DNA from: an uncultured Mycoplasmatales bacterium
GTDB lineage: Bacteria; Bacillota_I; Bacilli_A; Mycoplasmatales; Mycoplasmataceae
NCBI GenBank assembly: GCA_964485375.1
Contig: CAZAJD010000001.1
Span: 25,271 to 89,270 of the forward strand
Direction of reading: 5' to 3'
DNA length: 64,000 nucleotides
This document shows, in pieces, positions 44,260 to 56,175 of this stretch. The first letter of the stretch is position 1. The number at the start of each line of letters is the position of its first letter. A program made the translations under genes and the position numbers. Below the pieces are notes generated by a model that saw nothing but the letters and a program-made list of their open reading frames with translations, had not been told where the DNA came from and did not search any database.

Positions 44260-46275
44260 ATGAAAAAAAAGAAATCCAAGATTTTAGTAATAATGGAATC
44301 ACCTACTAAAACAAAAACAGTTCAATCTTACTTGGGAGATAATTATAAAGTTGTATCTTCTGAGGGGCATATTTCAAATTTATCTGCTTCTGGAGATTTT
44401 TTCTTGGGTGTAGACTTAAAAACTTTTGTACCTAAGTATAGAATTGAAACTAAAAAAAAACCATTAGTTAAAGAGTTAGTTTCTTATTCTAAAAAATCAG
44501 ATCAAGTTATTTTAGCAACTGACCCTGATCGTGAAGGCGAAGCTATAGCATATCATTTAATGAAATTTTTGAATATTGAAAAAAAATATTCTAGAATTAG
44601 ATTCAATGAAATTACAAAAGATGCTATTTTATTAGCTTTTGATAATCCAACAACTATTGATTTTGATTTATTTAAAAGTCAAGAAACTAGAAGAATATTA
44701 GATCGTTTTATAGGATTTCGCTTAAGCAAACTTTTATATTCTAAGATTAAATCTAAATCAGCAGGAAGAGTACAGTCTGTAGTTTTAAAAATTTTAGTTG
44801 AAAGAAGTAAAGAGAGACAAAAATTTGTATCTGATGAATATTGAACAATAGAAGGAAAATATCAAAATCATATTGTTAAGTTAGATAAATATAATAATAA
44901 AATCATTAATATAAAAAATTTAAAAGAGTTAATGGAAATTAATAGTAAAATAGCGAAAAATGAATATCTTATTAAAGATATTATTGAAAAATTACGTAAT
45001 AAAAAACCTCCAACACCATTCACTACTTCACTACTTCTTCAACAAGCATCTAATAAAATTAATTTCTCACCATCTAAAACATCCTTTATTGCACAACAAT
45101 TATATGAAGGTATTAATATTGGTAGTGAAAGAAAAGGATTAATCACTTATCCTCGTACTGATTCTAAGCGTTATAGCAAAGTTTTTACTGACCTAGTATT
45201 TAAATATATTGAAGATAAATATGGTAAAGAATATATAGGAAACTATGTTTTTAAAGTAGCAAAAAATTCTCAAAATGCTCATGAAGCTATTAGGCCTACT
45301 GACATAAAAATAACTCCATTAATTGCAAAAAAATATCTAAAAAATGACCAACTAAAATTATATACAATTATTTATAATAATGCTCTTGCTTCATTAATGA
45401 GCTCTGCGGTATTTTTAGGTAAAAAAATTATTTTAAAAAATAATAATTATGAATTTAGTATAAAATGAAGTACAATAAAATTTGAAGGATTTTTAAAAAT
45501 TTTGTGTGCAAAACATGATGATTTAAAAGTGTTATCAGATTTAAAAATAAATTCGAAAATAAAATTAGATTCTTTGAATGCAATACAACATTTTACACAG
45601 CCTCCAAGTTATTATAATGTAGCAAGTATTATTAAAAAAATGGAAGAGTTAGGTATTGGAAGACCATCTACTTACTCAACTACTATATATAACCTTCAAA
45701 ATCGTGGATATATTGTCATTACTAATAAAGCAATTGATACTACTAAAAAAGGTATCTTAACTAATGATATGCTCCAAGAATATTTTCAAGATATTATTCA
45801 TGAAACTTACACTTCAGAAATTGAATTAAAACTTGATAAAATTGCAAAGGGAGAAATTGATAATATTCCTTTATTAGAAAAATTTTGATCTCAATTCGAA
45901 AAAAAAGTTGAAACAGCTTTTGAAAAAATGCCTATTGTTCCAGTAGAAAAAACAGGAACTAAATGTCCTAAATGTGGAGAAGACCTAGTCTATAGGTATG
46001 GAAAATTTGGTGAATTTATAGGATGTGGTGCTTTCCCTAAATGCCATTATATATATCAAAATGAAGAAAAAAATTATGGCAAATGTACTAAATGTAAAAA
46101 TGGTAGTATTGTTTTAAAAAATAATAAGCGTAATCAAAAATTTTTAGCTTGCTCTAATTATCCAAAATGTGATTTTACAGATTTTTATAAAGAAGATAAA
46201 AAAACACCAGTTAAAGATGAAAACATTGAAAATGAAAAAAACCAATTAAATACAATAGATTTATTTAAAATTTAA
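44260..46275 (+). CDS. topA: DNA topoisomerase I
   Basis: Track ORFs 44260-, 44932-, 45502- and 45928- are all in frame 1, joined by single TGA codons (junctions checked). Toprim motifs ILVIMESPTKTK and LATDPDREGEAIAYH; active-site region ITYPRTDS; C-terminal CxxC zinc ribbons. Confidence 0.95.
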
Positions 46276-46297
46276 TGTAATTAGAAAGGTAAAATTT

Positions 46298-48304
46298 ATG
46301 AAAATAAAGTATTCAAAAATAAATAAAAAAAATAGTACTCAAAAAAAAGTAAAAGATAGTATGATTAGTAAATTAGAATTTGAATTAAAAGCAACAGAGC
46401 AAAATCTTTCAGAATATAAGAAAGGTACTTATTATGGTGATAAATCTCTTAAGGAATTAACTTCTACTTGCAAGAAACTTCATAATGAGATAAAAAATCT
46501 CAAAATATTACGTAGTGATAAAAATCTTACTTTTTTTAAACTTATCAAAATATATTATACAAAATATTATATAATGTCAGGATTAATGGTTTTTGTTACT
46601 ATTTTATCTTCAATATGTGCTGTAACAGTACCTAAATTAACGCAGTTAGTTTTAGATGCTGCTGCACCTGGTTCAGGACGCGATCTCAATTATATTTATT
46701 TAATGGCAGGAATTATATTTTCAATTTTTATTATTCGTGGTATTTTTATTTATATCAACTCTTATATAGGTGGATCTTTAGGTAAAAGAATAGAAATTAA
46801 TTTACGAAATAAACTTTTAACTAATCTAGTTGAATTAGATATGTCATTTTATTCTGATAAAAAAATTGGTGAAATTTTAACTAAATTAATTTCAGATACT
46901 GAAGTTATTGGTCTTCAATCCCAATCTATTCCACAAAGTATTCTTTCTGCACTTTTTGTAAGTATTGGATCAGTAGTAGTTATGTTCACAATAAATATAA
47001 AATTAACAATTTTAGCAATTGGATTAATTATATTTATGCTATTGTGCATGACAATTTTATTTACATTTTTAAGAAAAAGTATTTTTACAACTAGAGCAAC
47101 ATTAACAAAAATTAATGGAGATGTTACTGATCGAATTTCTAATATTAATTTAATTAAGTCTAATGGTACTGAAACATATGAAACTAAACGTTTTTATAAT
47201 TTACATACAAAATATTATAATGTTTCTAAAATTCAAGTTAGGTATCAAGCATTATTGATATCATTTTTAGTAGTATTTTTAACAAGTGTTAATATTATTA
47301 TATTACTTGTAGGTATTGTATTATGAAAAAATGGATCTTTAGGTGGATGAGGATCTGATCCAATAGCTGCAAATGATCCAACAGGTTATTCAGTTGTAGT
47401 AGCTGCTATGACTGGTGTTAGTACTTTAGTATTGCCTATTATGTCATTAAGTCGTATTTTCTCAATGGTGGCACAAGCTTCTGCTGCATCTACACGTGTT
47501 GCTAATTTAGTAAAAATAAAATCAAAAATCGATGCTCATCCAGAGTTTCCAAAATTAACTAGTGTTAGAAATGATATTGTATTTAAAAATGTAACATTTG
47601 AATATCCATCATCTCATACACCAGCATTTAAAAATTTTAATTTTACTTTTGAAAAAGGTAAAAAATATGCTATCGTAGGTGAAACAGGTTCTGGAAAATC
47701 TACAATTGCAAGATTATTATTACGTTATTATGATCCTAATTCAGGAGAAATTTTAATTAATAAAGATAAAAATTTAGCTACTATAAATCTTTCTAGTTAT
47801 TTAGCAAATGTTGGTTATGTTGATCAAGAACCTAGTATTCTTGTAGGTACAGTTATGGATAATATTAAATATTCTAATTTCGCAGCCTCAGATGAAGAAG
47901 TAATTGAAGCTACTAAAAAAGCATCATTACATAATTTTATAAAAACTTTAAAAAAAGGTTATAATACCCAAGTTGGAGAACGTGGATTTATATTATCTGG
48001 TGGTCAAAAACAACGTATGGTTATTGCTAGAACATTTTTAAAAGACCCCGATATATTAATTTTAGATGAAGCGACTTCAGCCTTAGATAATATTATCGAA
48101 AAAGAAATTCAGCAAAATCTTGATTCATTAATGCAAAATAGAACTACTTTTGTTATTGCGCATCGTTTATCTACTATTAAAAATGCGGATCAAATTTTAG
48201 TTATTGCACAAGATAAAGGTGTTGTTCAAGTTGGTACTTATGATGAATTGAAAAAAAGACCAGGTCATTTTCAAGATTTATACAAAGCTGGACTAATGAA
48301 ATAA
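46298..48304 (+). CDS. ABC transporter, fused permease/ATP-binding protein (MsbA/MdlB-type exporter) with ~90-aa N-terminal extension
   Basis: ORFs 46298-47326 and 47408-48304 are in the same frame, joined via three TGA. Walker A GETGSGKST, signature LSGGQKQR, Walker B ILILDEATSALD, H-loop AHRLST. Six TM segments precede the NBD. Confidence 0.85.
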
Positions 48305-48351
48305 TAACTTATTATTTATTAAAATATATTTTATAATGAAGGAGGGTTATT

Positions 48352-49494
48352 ATCAAATTACAAAAACATAAAAAAAGGATTTCAATAATATTGTGCTTAT
48401 TTGCAAGTATTCTATTTATTATTTCAGTTATGTTAACATTACCTGGACTAGGTCTTTTTACTGATAAATGTATAAATTCTTTTTCTGATGAAATAGATAA
48501 GTGAATACCACAAAATAAAATAGTGTTAAAAGGTCCAGAGTCATTAATAAATGCAACATTAAAAAACTCGTTAGAAAATGATGCAAAATTATCTGCACCT
48601 TCATTTGGTTCAAATGATCCTGTTTTAAAGAGTTTGAATAATCAATATATAACTTATGCAGATTTATATTTCACTAAGTATCAAAATGAATTTGAAAGTA
48701 AAAAAGTAAATTCCGATGGAGTAACTATTGTGACAGTAGATGTTAACACTTTTGCTCATACTTTGATTTCTTTTGATTTAGGTTTTGCTTATCATTTTAC
48801 TGATAATTCTTTGGTAAGAACTGGTATTGGATGAATTTTTAAATATGGTGGACTTAAAACAATTTTTAATACTGACTTATATAATTCATCAGATTATAAA
48901 ATGCTTATTTTGCAATCACAAGTTTTATCAAAAAAAGTTTATGATAGTGCGATTACTGCTGATTTTTCATTAGATACTTTATTAAAAGGTGGAACTAAAA
49001 TTCTTAAAACGAATTTTTCTATAATAAATCATGGAGCAACAAAAGAATATCTATCTGGTCATTTAGTAAATAATAAGATTTGATTATTTAATTCTCAATT
49101 GAATATGCTTGCAAATATCTACCATATATCACCAAGTTTATTTATAAATACTGAATATATTAGTAAACTATATCAAATGGTAAAAACTAATTCTTTGAAT
49201 AATCAAAATAAACTTAATGATAATTTTTCTAGTTCTATATCAGATTATCAATTTATTAAACCTAGAAATTTATATCAACCTAATTATTTATCTGCGTTTA
49301 TTTGGTTACAAATTGGAGCAGTGTTACTATTTATTATTTTTCCAATATTTCTATTAATTACTATGACGTTTATTTATTATTTATTTTATTATAATTCTTT
49401 TAAAATTAAAAAAATTAATATTAAATGATTTATCTTCAAAATTAAATTATTGATAGTAAAATTTAAAAAGAGATTACTTTTTTTAAAAAAGTAA
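48352..49494 (+). CDS. Hypothetical protein anchored by N- and C-terminal TM segments; non-ATG start
   Basis: Frame 1 is open from 48337. GAAGGAGGG (48338-48346) is followed by ATT 48349 / ATC 48352 / TTA 48358. Track ORFs 48523-, 48901- and 49099- are in the same frame, joined by TGA; the first true stop is TAA 49492-49494, inside the terminator stem. The TM segment ISIILCLFASILFIISVMLTL lies upstream of the first in-frame ATG. Confidence 0.45.
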
Positions 49495-49506
49495 TCTCTT
49501 TTTATT
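49465..49506 (+). terminator. Rho-independent terminator
   Basis: aaaaagagattactttttt (49465-49483) / aaaaaagtaatctcttttt (49485-49503), a perfect 19-nt inverted repeat ending in a T tract. Confidence 0.7.
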
Positions 49507-49591
49507 ATATTTTTTATATTTTAAATTATAAAATATTCTTAGTTTAAATTTACATTAAATTTAATTATTTATGAAATAGAGGTATATAAAA

Positions 49592-51025
49592 ATGAATTTT
49601 TATTCTGTAATTAATGGCAAAGAATATAAAACTGAAGAAATGATGGACATTATTTCTCCTTGAAATTTAAAAAGTTGCGGAAAAGTATCAAAATTAAATT
49701 CTAAAGATATTGATTTAGCATTTGATATAGCAAGTAAATCTCAAAAAGAATGAAAACAAATAATTTTATCAGAAAGAATTATAATTCTTCGAAGATGATC
49801 AAAATTAATTGTTGAAAATAGTGCTGAAATGGCAAAATTAATGATGGAAGAAATTGGTAAATCTTATAAAGATTCACTTAAAGAAATTCAAAGAAGTGTT
49901 GAATATTTTAATTATTCTTTAGAAGAAGCTAAACGTATTCATCCTCAAACTTATCGTGCTGATTCATGAGGTCATAAGACTAAGGTTGGTTTCTTTTCAT
50001 ATGTACCATTAGGGGTAATTTTAGCAATTTCACCATTTAATTATCCTATTAATTTATCAATTTCTAAAATTATTCCAGCATTAGTTATGGGGAATAGTGT
50101 AGTTTTAAAACCTGCAACTAATGGAAGCATGAGTGCTCTTTTCCTTGCTAAATTATCAATCAAAGCAAATTTACCTCCAGGAATTTTTAATGTTGTTACT
50201 GGATTAGGAAGAGATATTGGGAGTTATTTAATAAGTAATCGTAATATTTCATTAATTTCATTTACTGGCTCTGTAAAAGTTGGTAAGAATATTTTAGCAA
50301 AAGCTAATTGCAAAAATATAATTTTAGAATTAGGGGGTAAAGACCCAGCAATTATTCTTGATGATCAAAATTTAAATTCCATTGCAAAAGAAATAATTGA
50401 AGGGGCATTTGGTTATTCTGGTCAACGTTGTACTGCAATAAAAAGAGTAATTACTACAAATAAAATTGCTAAAAAATTAGTACCAATACTAAAAAAAGAA
50501 GTTTTAAAATTAACTATTAATAAAAAACATGATGGTTTTATATCTCCATTAATATCTTTAAAGGCTGCTAATTATGTTATGGAATTAATTCAAGATGCCT
50601 TAACTCAAAAAGCAGAATTAATTATAGGAAATAAAGCAAAATCCAATTTAGTATCTCCAACAATTATTGATCATGTTACTGAAGATATGAAATTAGCATG
50701 AGATGAACCATTCGGACCAGTATTACCAATTATTCGTATTGATAATATACCTGATATGATTGAATTAATAAATAAATCTAAATTTGGATTACAAGCATCT
50801 ATCTTTAGTCAAAATCTTGAACAAGCTTTTAATTTAGCTAGTTATTTAGAAGTAGGAACTGTTAATATTAATGGGAAAAGTCAAAGAGGACCCGATTCTT
50901 TTCCATTTTTAGGTGTTAAAGATTCTGGACTTGGAGTTCAAGGGATAAGAGAAACTTTATTATCATCAGTTAGAATAAAAGGCTTAGTTATAAATTATAA
51001 AGATATTAGTTATAAGAAATTATAA
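49592..51025 (+). CDS. gapN: NADP-dependent non-phosphorylating glyceraldehyde-3-phosphate dehydrogenase (aldehyde dehydrogenase family)
   Basis: ATG 49592 is in frame with ORFs 50087- and 50756- (hand-checked, TGA only). ALDH motifs: FNYPINL, KPATNGS, FTGSVKVG, ELGGKDP, GQRCTAIKR, EPFGPVLP. The GapN subfamily assignment is from overall resemblance. Confidence 0.8.
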
Positions 51026-51026
51026 T

Positions 51027-51054
51027 TTGTAATTTATTTCTATTTTGCTATACT
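51027..51054 (+). promoter_or_regulatory. Putative promoter of the rpsB-tsf operon (TTGTAA-N16-TGcTATACT, extended -10)
   Basis: ttgtaa at 51027-51032, tg at 51046-51047 and tatact at 51049-51054. This leaves a ~130-nt leader before rpsB. The architecture is the same as the rpmF promoter at 11280. Confidence 0.45.
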
Positions 51055-51191
51055 ATATTTACTGTTTTAAAGAAATTAAAGCAAACACTATCTTGAATTT
51101 TTTTATCTTGTGCTTATTAAAATATTATAAAATAAGTGGTAAAATTTTGAATTGATAGGAAGAAAGAACAAACAAAGGGGAAAATATAAAT

Positions 51192-52208
51192 ATGGTAAAA
51201 GAAATTACACGTGAAATGTTATGAGAAGTAGGAGCTCAATTTGGACATCAAACAAAAAGATGAAATCCAAAAATGAAAGAATATATTTATAACAAAAAAA
51301 ATAAAATTCACATAATTGATTTACAAAAAACTATTACATCTTTTCTAGAATTAAAAACTTTGACTGATGCTATTGCAGAAAAAAAAGGTAAAATTTTATT
51401 TGTAGGAACTAAAAAATCTGCAAAAGGAGCTGTTGAAGAAGCAGCTGAAAGAACAGATAATTTTTTTGTTAATCAACGATGATTAGGTGGAACCTTAACA
51501 AATTTAAAAACTATTCATTTATCAATTAAAAAATTATGAGATATCGAAAGAAAAGAAAAAAGTGGTTATTACCAAAATTTTTCAAAAAAAGAACTATCTC
51601 TTATTATGAAAAAAAAGGAAAAATTACAAACTTCATTAAATGGAATTAAGCATATGCGTGTGTTACCAGCCGCAATATTTGTTGTTGATCCAAATGAAGA
51701 AATCATTGCAGTAAAAGAAGCTAAAAAATTAAATATTCCTGTTATAGGTATTTGTGATACAAATTCTGATCCAGATTTAATTGATTATATTATTCCTGGT
51801 AATGATGATACATATCGTTCTGTTTCTTTTTTAACTAATCATTTTGCAGAAATATATGCTGAATCATTTAAAATGGAAATAGTTCCTGCAAAAATTATCG
51901 AAAGAAGACGTAAACCTAATTTTGAAAATCGTGGTAATGATAATTATCGTAATCGTAGTTTTTATAATAAATCTGGATATAATAATCAAGAAAATGGCAC
52001 AAAAACTTATAGAACCTTTACAAAAAGTAATGATTCATCTAAGTCAACAAATACTAGTAATACAACTAGATCAACTAATGTAAAACCTACTGTTGTAATC
52101 AAAGATACTGCATCAAAACCTATTGTTGCTGTTAAAAAAACTGTAGCAAAACCTATTAACTCAACTATTAATAAAAAAACTGATGATAATACTAATAAGG
52201 AGAAGTAG
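51192..52208 (+). CDS. rpsB: 30S ribosomal protein S2 with ~100-aa low-complexity C-terminal extension
   Basis: AAAGGGGA upstream of ATG 51192. Starts MVKEITREMLWEVGAQFGHQTKRWNPKM..; ORFs 51273- and 51606- are in frame via TGA; TAG 52206-52208. The tail is rich in N/S/T/K. Confidence 0.95.
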
Positions 52209-52214
52209 TAATTA

Positions 52215-53090
52215 ATGAAAATATCTGCACAATTAGTTAAGGAATTGCGTATAAAATCTGGTGCTGGAATTTTAGATTGTAAAAAAGCATTAGAAGCTAA
52301 TGAAGGTAAAATAGATAGTTCTATAAAATGACTTCGTGAAAAGGGAATCGCTAAAGCACAACGAAAAAATAATCGTATTGCTGCTGAAGGTATGGTCCAT
52401 ATTTTTAAAAAAGACAATCGCATAATAATTTTGGAAGTAAATAGTGAAACTGATTTTGTTGCGAAAAATAAAAAATTTCTTATTTTTGTTGACCAGATTA
52501 CTGAATTATTAATTTTACATAATCCTATATCAGTAGAATCTGCGTTAAAATTAATAATTAATAAATCTAATTTATCTGATTATATTGCTCATTTTTCTGC
52601 AACAATCGGTGAAAAAATTACTTTACGTCGTTTTTCAATTATTTATTTAAAAGATAATCAATCTGTTGGTTTTTATACTCATAATGCTAAAAGTGGAGCA
52701 ATATTAGTATTTGATGGAAAAATAGCAGATAAATATGCTAAACAATTATCTATGCATGTCACTGCTATGAATCCTAAGTTTATCGCAAGAGAAAATGTAC
52801 CTAGTGAATTTATTGCTAGTGAAGAAGCTATCTTGATGAAAAAAGCATTATTAGAAGGTAAACCTAAAAACATTGTAGAAAAAATTGTTAAAGGTAGACT
52901 TAATAAATTATTATCAGAAAATTGCTTTTTAGATCAAAAATTTATTGTTGAACCAACTATTAAAGTTAGTGATTTTATCAAAAAACAAAATTGTATATTA
53001 GTTAACATGCTTCGATATGAAGTAGGCGAAGGAATCATTAAAGAAAATAATGATTTTGCTACTGAAGTTATGAAGCAAATAAAAAAATAA
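52215..53090 (+). CDS. tsf: Elongation factor Ts
   Basis: ATG 52215. Starts [48 protein letters not shown] (UBA-like EF-Ts N-terminus), in frame with ORF 52392-53090. Confidence 0.95.
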
Positions 53091-53102
53091 AGAGGTGTAA
53101 AA

Positions 53103-53741
53103 ATGAAAAATAATCTTGTTATTTCTATTATTGAATTTTGCTTATACTTAGCAATTTCTGGAATATTTTTTGGGTATTTAATTGTTTATAAAAAAAGAAA
53201 CTATAATATTAAATATGCAAATAAAAAAATCATAAGTTTGATAATAGTATTATTAAATTTAAGTTTAGTACCAATTACTATTTCTATAATATTAACTTCT
53301 AATAAGACTACTAGTTTAATAATGCTAATTCTTGGATTTGTTATTTTAATTTCAGTATGTAGTATTATCTTTTTTGGATTACAATATATTATAATTGGAT
53401 TTTCAGAAAAAAATATTGAATTTTTAGGTGAACGTATTCCTTTTAATAAAATCGAACGTCTTACTATTAATGAAACTAAAAATAAATATTATATTGAATA
53501 TATTGAAGGGCGACGTGGACATAAAAAGTATTCATTTAAAATGAACACTAAAGCATTCGATTTTATAAAATCTAATCAAGATACTATTAAAAATCGTATG
53601 GATTTATCTGCAACTTCAGTTAAAACTGAAATTGATTCAAAAGGATCAAAACCAGCAGCTTCTAAATCAATTCATATTAATAAAGAAGTCAATAATTCTA
53701 AAAAAGATTCAAGTAAAAGTAAAGATAAAAAAATAAAATAA
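53103..53741 (+). CDS. Hypothetical membrane protein (3-4 TM segments plus Lys/Ser-rich tail)
   Basis: Intact 212-aa ORF between tsf and pyrH with GAGGTG upstream. No family recognised. Confidence 0.5.
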   Translation: MKNNLVISIIEFCLYLAISGIFFGYLIVYKKRNYNIKYANKKIISLIIVLLNLSLVPITISIILTSNKTTSLIMLILGFVILISVCSIIFFGLQYIIIGFSEKNIEFLGERIPFNKIERLTINETKNKYYIEYIEGRRGHKKYSFKMNTKAFDFIKSNQDTIKNRMDLSATSVKTEIDSKGSKPAASKSIHINKEVNNSKKDSSKSKDKKIK

Positions 53742-53834
53742 TTAAGACTAAAAGTTTTGATATAAAAAATAAGATTATTTAATTTTATTTTTTTTTATGT
53801 TATATTTAAAATATTGAATAAATAGGTGATCTTT

Positions 53835-54548
53835 TTGCAAAAAAAATATAAAAGATGTTTAATTAAGTTATCTGGTGAAGCATTTTCTAATTCAGATGCT
53901 TTATATAATCTTAAATTTATTAAATCTATTGCTAATCAAATTACTAAACTAAATAACGAAGATATTCAATGCGCTATTGTTATTGGTGGTGGTAATATTT
54001 GACGTGGTAAAGAAGCTCAAAAAATCGAGTTAGATACAGTAAATGCTGATTATATGGGAATGATAGCAACAATTATGAATTCAATTGTTCTTGATAATCA
54101 TATTAATAAAATTAAATCTAATACCAGTTGAATTTTATCTAAATTACCAATTTTTGAAATTACTAAACTTTATAATTTTAAAGATGCAATAGAATTATTA
54201 GAAAATAATAAAATAGTTATTTTAGCAGGAGGCACAGGCTCTCCATTATTTACTACAGATACAAGTGCTGTTTTACGAGCTATTGAGATTAATGCTGATA
54301 TAATTTTAATGGCAAAAAATGGGACAGAAGGTGTTTATGATAGCGATCCTAATAAAAACAAAAATGCAAAATTTTATGATAAAATAACATATAAAGATAT
54401 TGAAAACAAAAAATTAGGAGTTATGGATAATACAGCATGTACACTTGCTCAATCTCATAATATTAAAATGCTTGTTTTTGACATCAATCAAAATAGCGCT
54501 ATTTATAATGCTATTAAGGGTAATATAAAACATACATTAGTGTATTAG
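53835..54548 (+). CDS. pyrH: UMP kinase
   Basis: AGGTGA at 53824-53829, then TTG 53835 (GTG 53826 is an alternative); no in-frame ATG upstream of the conserved N-terminus. Motifs: KRCLIKLSGEAF, IVIGGGNIWRG, AGGTGSPLFTTDT, TEGVYDSDP. Joins ORF 54309-54548 via TGA. Confidence 0.9.
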
Positions 54549-54561
54549 TAAAAGGGAAAAA

Positions 54562-55107
54562 ATGGACATTATCTTAAAACAGTATGAAGAAGAAATGAAA
54601 CATACAATAAAAAAATTAAAAATAGAAATTAGTAAAATACAAACGAATTTAAATAATTCATCACTTTTAAAAACAATTAATATTGAATATTATGGTAATA
54701 GTACTCCGATATCGCAACTTTCTCAAATTCGTTTTGAAGAAGGTAAGCGAATTATTATTAAACCTTATGAACGTAAACTTATTAGTGAGATTATTAAGCA
54801 AATTTCAAAAGCTGATATTGGGTTAACACCTCAAAATAATGGTGATACTGTTTTTATTAATATTCCACCTCTTACAGAAGAAAGTAGAAAATTAAAAGTT
54901 AAACAATTAAACAGTATTATTGAACATTTTAAAGTAGCTATTAGGAATATACGTCGCTTAGCTAATACAGAAATAAAAAAAGATAAAAGTTTATCATTAA
55001 ATCAAGTTGATATTTTGCATAATGAAATTCAACAATTAACAAATAAACAAATGCAAGTAATTAATGAAATTTTATTAAAGAAAGAAAAAGAAATCATTAC
55101 CATTTAA
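54562..55107 (+). CDS. frr: Ribosome recycling factor
   Basis: Intact 181-aa ORF with AAGGGA upstream. Motifs: ..IEYYGNSTPISQLSQI.., ..IPPLTEESRKLKVKQ.., ..IRNIRR.. . Confidence 0.95.
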   Translation: MDIILKQYEEEMKHTIKKLKIEISKIQTNLNNSSLLKTINIEYYGNSTPISQLSQIRFEEGKRIIIKPYERKLISEIIKQISKADIGLTPQNNGDTVFINIPPLTEESRKLKVKQLNSIIEHFKVAIRNIRRLANTEIKKDKSLSLNQVDILHNEIQQLTNKQMQVINEILLKKEKEIITI

Positions 55108-55145
55108 TATTTAACTAAATATTTTAGGTTATGAAATAAATAATT

Positions 55146-56144
55146 ATGTCCAAAAAAGAAAATTTATTTAAAAATAAAACTTTTAGAGTAAGATTAATAA
55201 CTTCAATATTTATTTTACTTTTTTATTGTGTTTATTTTAGTATTATTGCAGTTCCAACTAGTTCTTTTGTACCCTTAAATGTACAAAATATATTTATTTA
55301 TATTTTTCATTTTATTAATATTATCTTATTAGTATTGATGAATTATGAAATTATTAAATTATTCCAATTAAATCATAAGCGTTTTTGAATGATTCAAACT
55401 ATTTCATATATTACTGTTATTTTATTATATTTAATACCCTTTACATGAGAATTAACTTATCCTTATGTACCATATACTAATTTTAAAATAAGTTGATTGC
55501 ATAGTTGAGTTTTAATTCTTGTATATTTATTTTTTTATTTTCTATATATTCTTATTAATGTTATTCATAATAAAATGACTACTATGAAAATTACACAATT
55601 ATTTTTATTTAATGCATTAATAGTAGTAGGCATAAAATCAATTAGTATTTTAATGTTATCTTCTAAATATGGTTGAACTAGCTTTTTATATGTTCTTTTA
55701 ATTGTAATTTTAACTGATGTATTTGCTTATTTAGGTGGATGAAAATTTGGTAAAAACAAAATTGCACCAACTATTTCTCCAAATAAAACTTGAGAAGGAG
55801 CAATAGTAGGAACTGTTATGGGAACACTTATTCCTTTGATAGTTGTAACTCCATTTATTTTTTCTAATAATTTATTATCATCTGATATCCCATTTGCTCA
55901 ATGTTTAGTTAGTCCTAATTCAATAGTAGTTTTTTTCATTTATTTCTTTTTCTCTTTAATTTTAAGCATTTTTGCACAATTAGGTGATTTGTTATTTTCT
56001 TATATTAAAAGAAAATTTGCTGTTAAAGATTTTTCTAATTTATTGCCAGGACACGGTGGTATTTTAGATCGTGTTGATAGTTTATTAATTGTTTCAATAA
56101 TAGCTTTTTTATTCACAAGATTAATTTATTTAATCACAACTTAA
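55146..56144 (+). CDS. cdsA: Phosphatidate cytidylyltransferase (CDP-diglyceride synthase)
   Basis: ORFs 55146-55388 and 55818-56144 are in the same frame; the gap was read by hand and contains TGA only. Motifs: [33 protein letters not shown] and [33 protein letters not shown]. Confidence 0.85.
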
Positions 56145-56175
56145 TAACATATATTATTAATATAGTAGGAGTTTT

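Noticed and set aside
52007-52423. 138-aa minus-strand ORF spanning the rpsB/tsf junction
   Set aside because: It is antisense to the S2 tail and the EF-Ts N-terminus, both clearly real. No start context or recognisable domain.
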